Source: Candidatus Aenigmatarchaeota archaeon
Lineage (GTDB): Archaea; Aenigmatarchaeota; Aenigmatarchaeia; PWEA01
Assembly (NCBI GenBank): GCA_046539325.1
Contig: JBKHHD010000002.1
Coordinates: 32,001 to 96,000 of the forward strand
Reading direction: 5' to 3'
DNA: 64,000 nucleotides
In this document: positions 60,379 to 64,000 of the stretch, piece after piece
Layout: each line of letters starts with the position of its first letter
How positions within the stretch are numbered: the stretch's first letter is position 1
The notes under the pieces: generated by a model
What the model was told of the DNA's origin: nothing
Database searches by the model: none
Seen by the model: the letters and a program-made list of their open reading frames with translations, nothing else
Made by a program: the position numbers and the translations under genes

Positions 60379-61773
60379 TTGAAGAAGATTTTACCCCTCC
60401 TGTCGGCATTCATTCTATTGTCGATCTCAATGCCTACAGCAGCTGCACACCTGGAAGTAAGTTTCGAGGAGGAGGGTTCCTGTAAGATTTTGCCGCATAC
60501 ATACGAGATAAATATAACAAACACACACGATTCAGAGGATCTGATCCGGCTTAGCAGACCACGCGAGTTCTCAAGATGGATGTCTCTGTCGAGAAGTATT
60601 ATGAGGATACAGGCAGGCGAGACCGAAACAACTGAGTTAACTATTGAAGCTCCGAGAAACGTTGAACTTGGCGAATACCAGACTAACTTTTCTATATTTT
60701 CCGAGGACTACGAAGATGTTTCAACAACCGGAGAACTTTGCTTCATAGTTCTTAGAGACTATTCAATGATCGTCAGGGACTTTGCCGTAGACAAAGAGGA
60801 ATACGGACCCATGGACCAGGTTAACTTCTCTGTAACAGTTGAGAACGACGGTACAAAGGACTTCGACGACGGCGAGTTCAGAATAGAAGTAACTAAGGAA
60901 GGTGAGCAAATTGCAACTGATCTCGAGAAGTTCGAACTGGAAACAGGGAAAGGTAAAACTGTGGCCAGTTCAATAAACCTCAAGGAACATCAGGCACCAG
61001 GAACCTACGACGTAATGTACGAGGTAAGAGGTGCTGGCCACAAGATACAGTCCGGTGAAGCTAGCTTTGAAGTAATGGAGATGGCCAACTACGAGATAAG
61101 CGAAGAGTCGGATGGAAGATACATCATAAGAACAAACACAATAAATGCAGAAAACAGAGGCAATATATTAGAACAAAAGGAAATAAATAGAACTGCAGTA
61201 TTTCCTTTATCGCTGCTGACCACGGCCGAGGGGGCAGATGTGACCCGGGAAGGTCTCCATACAGTTTACAGCTGGAACATTGAACTTGAACCAGGTCAGT
61301 CCACACAGCTAAGTTATCAGATAAACTACTGGCCTCTGTACATTCTAATAATACTTCTGGCTCTCATAGCGTTCAGGCTGTTCCTTTACATGAAAGCACC
61401 TGTCGTGAAGAAGGAGGTAGTCAAAAGCGAAATATCCGAAGACAAAAGGGTCCTCACCATATCGCTTCACGTCAAAAACCGGTTCTTCGGAAAAGCCAAA
61501 AACGTTATACTGGAGGACTCTGTGCTTTCCGTGACAAGAGTTCTGGACGAGTTCGATACGGTCAAACCAAACATTGAAAGGAAGGACGACGAAACAACGC
61601 TCAGGTGGAAGCTTGGTGAGATGTTGGCCGGAGACGATAGAGTTATACATTACAAGGTCAAAGTTCTTGTTGAATCCGTTGATGAGCTTGTCTTTCCTCC
61701 AGCCAAGGTAAGGGGTGCAGTAGGAAAGAGAACTTTCGAAAGATCTTCTTCCAAGGTAAAGCTTGGTGTTTAA
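60379..61773 (+). CDS. Secreted Ig/CARDB-like surface protein with TM and cytoplasmic beta domain
   Basis: Signal peptide, 'VENDG', 'PGTY.V', TM 'WPLYILIILLALIAF', C-terminal DUF11-like fold. Confidence 0.6.
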   Translation: MKKILPLLSAFILLSISMPTAAAHLEVSFEEEGSCKILPHTYEINITNTHDSEDLIRLSRPREFSRWMSLSRSIMRIQAGETETTELTIEAPRNVELGEYQTNFSIFSEDYEDVSTTGELCFIVLRDYSMIVRDFAVDKEEYGPMDQVNFSVTVENDGTKDFDDGEFRIEVTKEGEQIATDLEKFELETGKGKTVASSINLKEHQAPGTYDVMYEVRGAGHKIQSGEASFEVMEMANYEISEESDGRYIIRTNTINAENRGNILEQKEINRTAVFPLSLLTTAEGADVTREGLHTVYSWNIELEPGQSTQLSYQINYWPLYILIILLALIAFRLFLYMKAPVVKKEVVKSEISEDKRVLTISLHVKNRFFGKAKNVILEDSVLSVTRVLDEFDTVKPNIERKDDETTLRWKLGEMLAGDDRVIHYKVKVLVESVDELVFPPAKVRGAVGKRTFERSSSKVKLGV

Positions 61774-61822
61774 CGTTACTCCAAAGAAAAGATTTAAAAA
61801 GTTTGGATTCAACGACTAGTAA

Positions 61823-61938
61823 GGCTGGCGGCCAAAGCGGAGGGGCAACTCCCGTACCCATCCGAACACGGAAGAAAAGTCCTCCAGCGATTTGGTCAGT
61901 ATCCTCAATCCGAGGAGAACTCCAGGACGCTGCCAGCC
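61823..61938 (+). rRNA. rrf: 5S rRNA (unlinked from 16S-23S)
   Basis: GGCTGGCGGC/GCTGCCAGCC stem; CCCGTACCCATCCGAACACGGAAG. Confidence 0.92.
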
Positions 61939-62002
61939 GCTATTTATTCTCCGGGCTAAGCATAAATACTTAAAAGGTTTGTCACAAGAATGTTATGTCG
62001 TT

Positions 62003-62100
62003 GCCGCGATGGTGTAGCGGCTCAACTCTCGAAGAGAGGGGGCCAAGCATAGAGCCCTGTCGAGGCTCTGACCCGGGTTCAAATCCCGGTCGCGGCGCCA
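62003..62100 (+). tRNA. tRNA-Asp(GTC) with D-loop intron (21/22: 62025-62046), encoded CCA
   Basis: GCCGCGA/TCGCGGC acceptor; GAGCC-CTGTCGA-GGCTC; BHB GGCT/GGCC with CAA and AAG bulges. Confidence 0.9.
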
Positions 62101-62115
62101 TTCCCGAGGTATAAG

Positions 62116-62319
62116 ATGTCAGTATCCAGCTGCCCAAGTCTACAGGATAATAAGGAGGAGTGCAGCTGCGCGTATTCAGGCTGTCCCAGAAAAGGCAAGT
62201 GTTGCGAATATATCAGGTACCATAAGAAAAGAGGAGAAGTCCCTGGTTGTTTGTTTCCCGAAGGGGCAGAGGGAAGCTACGACAGGTCCATAGAAAGGTT
62301 CGTGAAGGCAGTGAGCTAA
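62116..62319 (+). CDS. DUF6485-like small Cys-rich protein
   Basis: C.C.Y.GCPRKGKCCE...YH....VPGC.FP...E.SYDRSIE.F. Confidence 0.7.
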   Translation: MSVSSCPSLQDNKEECSCAYSGCPRKGKCCEYIRYHKKRGEVPGCLFPEGAEGSYDRSIERFVKAVS

Positions 62320-62323
62320 GCAG

Positions 62324-62443
62324 GGGTCCGTAGCTCAGCCTGGCAGAGCACTGGGCTTTTAACTTAATATGTTAAAAGAGCTAGACGTTATGTCGATGAT
62401 GAAAGAAACCCAGGAGTCGCGGGTTCAAATCCCGTCGGACCCA
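62324..62443 (+). tRNA. tRNA-Lys(TTT) with 37/38 intron (62362-62407)
   Basis: GGGTCCG/CGGACCC acceptor; CTGGG-CTTTTA|A-CCCAG; BHB CTTT/AAAG. Confidence 0.92.
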
Positions 62444-62581
62444 TAACAACCCATTCGTCAATAGTCTATAAAAAAACACCAAAACCTTTATAAACGTTAA
62501 GTTATAATGGAGTTTACCAGCTTATGTGCTTTTCTCCGAAGATAGGGTGCGATATTTCGTATAAAATGTGATGGGGAGATT

Positions 62582-62827
62582 ATGGCAAAAGACTACAGCG
62601 TTACAGACCACAAGAGAGTACCGGAACATGAGGTTTTGGGGGACGAGGAAAAGGAAGAGCTTCTTGAAGAGCTGGGTGTAAAGGAACAGCAGCTTCCAAA
62701 GATATACGACACTGACCCCGTTGTCAAAGAGATAGACGCTTCAGTCGGTGACGTTCTTAAAATCAAAAGAAACAGTCTAACAGCAGGCAAGGCTTTGTAC
62801 TATAGGCTAGTAATAGAGAAAAAATAA
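62582..62827 (+). CDS. rpoH: RNA polymerase subunit H (Rpo5)
   Basis: H..VP.H, QLPKI..DP, GDV.KI.R.S.TAG...YYR.V. Confidence 0.96.
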   Translation: MAKDYSVTDHKRVPEHEVLGDEEKEELLEELGVKEQQLPKIYDTDPVVKEIDASVGDVLKIKRNSLTAGKALYYRLVIEKK

Positions 62828-62835
62828 CAGATAAA

Positions 62836-64000
62836 ATGAAAGGTAAAAAACTCCAGGCGCTTCTAAAGGCGTTCAAATCCGAGAAAGGGTTCGCAAAGTA
62901 TCAGATAGAGGCCTACAATAGATTTGTAGACGAAAGGCTACAGGAGATAATAGACGGTATAGGAGAAATAGAGCCCGAGTCCGAGAAGCTGGGCGACTTC
63001 AAGATAGAGCTTGGCGAGGTGAGGGTTGGGGAACCTTCGGTAAAGGAGGCGGACGGAAGTCTAAGGCAGATACTCCCCAAGGAAGCGAGGTTAAGGGATA
63101 TAACATACTCTGCGCCGATATTCCTTGAAATGACAACAAAGGCAGACGGTGAAGTTCATGAACAAAAGGAGGTAAAGATCGGTGAGCTTCCTGTAATGGT
63201 TAGGTCAAAGAAATGTCCGCTATCTGATATGACCGACGAAGAGCTTATAGAGGCAGGTGAAGACCCGCAGGATCTCGGCGGATACTTCCTTATAAACGGC
63301 ACTGAAAGAGTTCTAATGCTTCTCGAGGAAGTGGCTCCAAACAGAGTCATTGTAGAGAAAAAGGACAAGAAGAAGGTAGAATACGCTGCAAGAATAAACT
63401 CTGAGAGGAGTGGTTGGGGTCAAAGGCATACTATAAACAAGAAAAGGGACGGTCTTCTAACAATTTCCTTTGCAAACGCACGAAAAGTCCCATTGGTCGT
63501 GGTTATGAGGGCGCTAGGACTCGAGACGGATAAAGATATCGTACAGGCAATAACCGAAGAGGAAGAGTATCAAGAGGAAATCTACGCGAACCTCTACGAA
63601 ACAGAAGTCTCCGACACAGAGGAAGCTCTGAGCTATATAGGTAAGGGCATGAATGTATCGGAGGAAGAATATAGGAAAGAAAGGGCAGCAGAAGTAATAG
63701 ACAAATATCTCCTGCCGCATATAAGTCAGGACGAAGAAGGTAGGATGGACAAGGCAATGTACCTCGGAAGATGCGCAAAAAAGATACTATACGTTGCAAA
63801 CGGAGACCTTGAGCCAGATGACATAGACCACTACAGAAACAAGAGGATAAGAACAAGCTCCGAGCTCCTGGAAATACTTATAAGGAGTAAGCTACTAGGA
63901 AGAGTTGGCTTGATTTCAAGGATAAAGTACAACTACAAGAAGATAGCCAGAAGAGGTAAGGTGCCAACTATAAATACTGTAGTCGAGTCCGATATGCTGA
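62836..64000 (+). CDS. rpoB: RNA polymerase subunit B (Rpo2), 3' truncated by window edge
   Basis: QIEAYNRF, P.EARLR.ITYSAP, IGELPVMVRS, GGYFLING.ERV, DDIDHY.NKRI. Confidence 0.96.
   Translation, partial: MKGKKLQALLKAFKSEKGFAKYQIEAYNRFVDERLQEIIDGIGEIEPESEKLGDFKIELGEVRVGEPSVKEADGSLRQILPKEARLRDITYSAPIFLEMTTKADGEVHEQKEVKIGELPVMVRSKKCPLSDMTDEELIEAGEDPQDLGGYFLINGTERVLMLLEEVAPNRVIVEKKDKKKVEYAARINSERSGWGQRHTINKKRDGLLTISFANARKVPLVVVMRALGLETDKDIVQAITEEEEYQEEIYANLYETEVSDTEEALSYIGKGMNVSEEEYRKERAAEVIDKYLLPHISQDEEGRMDKAMYLGRCAKKILYVANGDLEPDDIDHYRNKRIRTSSELLEILIRSKLLGRVGLISRIKYNYKKIARRGKVPTINTVVESDML

Overview
Core-genome window of a halophilic, probably anaerobic archaeon. The proteome is strongly acidic, rubrerythrin and superoxide reductase are present, and the ribosomal proteins are divergent and shortened. 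A DPANN (Aenigmarchaeota/Nanohaloarchaeota-like) affiliation is my inference. Main content: a glycosylation/S-layer locus, lipid genes (carS), SRP54, oapABC, hisS, a 16S-tRNA(Ala)-23S operon followed by RNase P RNA, a repeat-bounded AT-rich islet, an ATP-grasp/MscS-peptidase cluster, the str, S10-spc and alpha ribosomal operons, an unlinked 5S rRNA and the start of rpoH-rpoB. The strongest signals are at RNA level. (1) Three 42-46 nt tRNA introns (Leu-UAA, Lys-UUU, Ser-UGA) each hold a single K-turn plus a guide whose D-5 position falls on U34, U34 and U39 of their own tRNA. (2) A two-guide C/D RNA inside the 16S-23S spacer has 11-nt complementarity to 23S positions 1920 and 2552 (E. coli numbering). 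(3) A group I intron at 16S position 1498 carries a decayed LAGLIDADG gene. (4) Six of eight tRNAs carry BHB introns (11 in total, up to three per gene). (5) The RNase P RNA has P18-like hairpins. Also notable: apparent AUC start codons for aIF1 and rubrerythrin, an MscS-C39 peptidase fusion with three ATP-grasp proteins, a C2H2 finger on uL24, and unannotated zinc-finger microproteins. All calls come from reading the sequence by eye; no searches were run.
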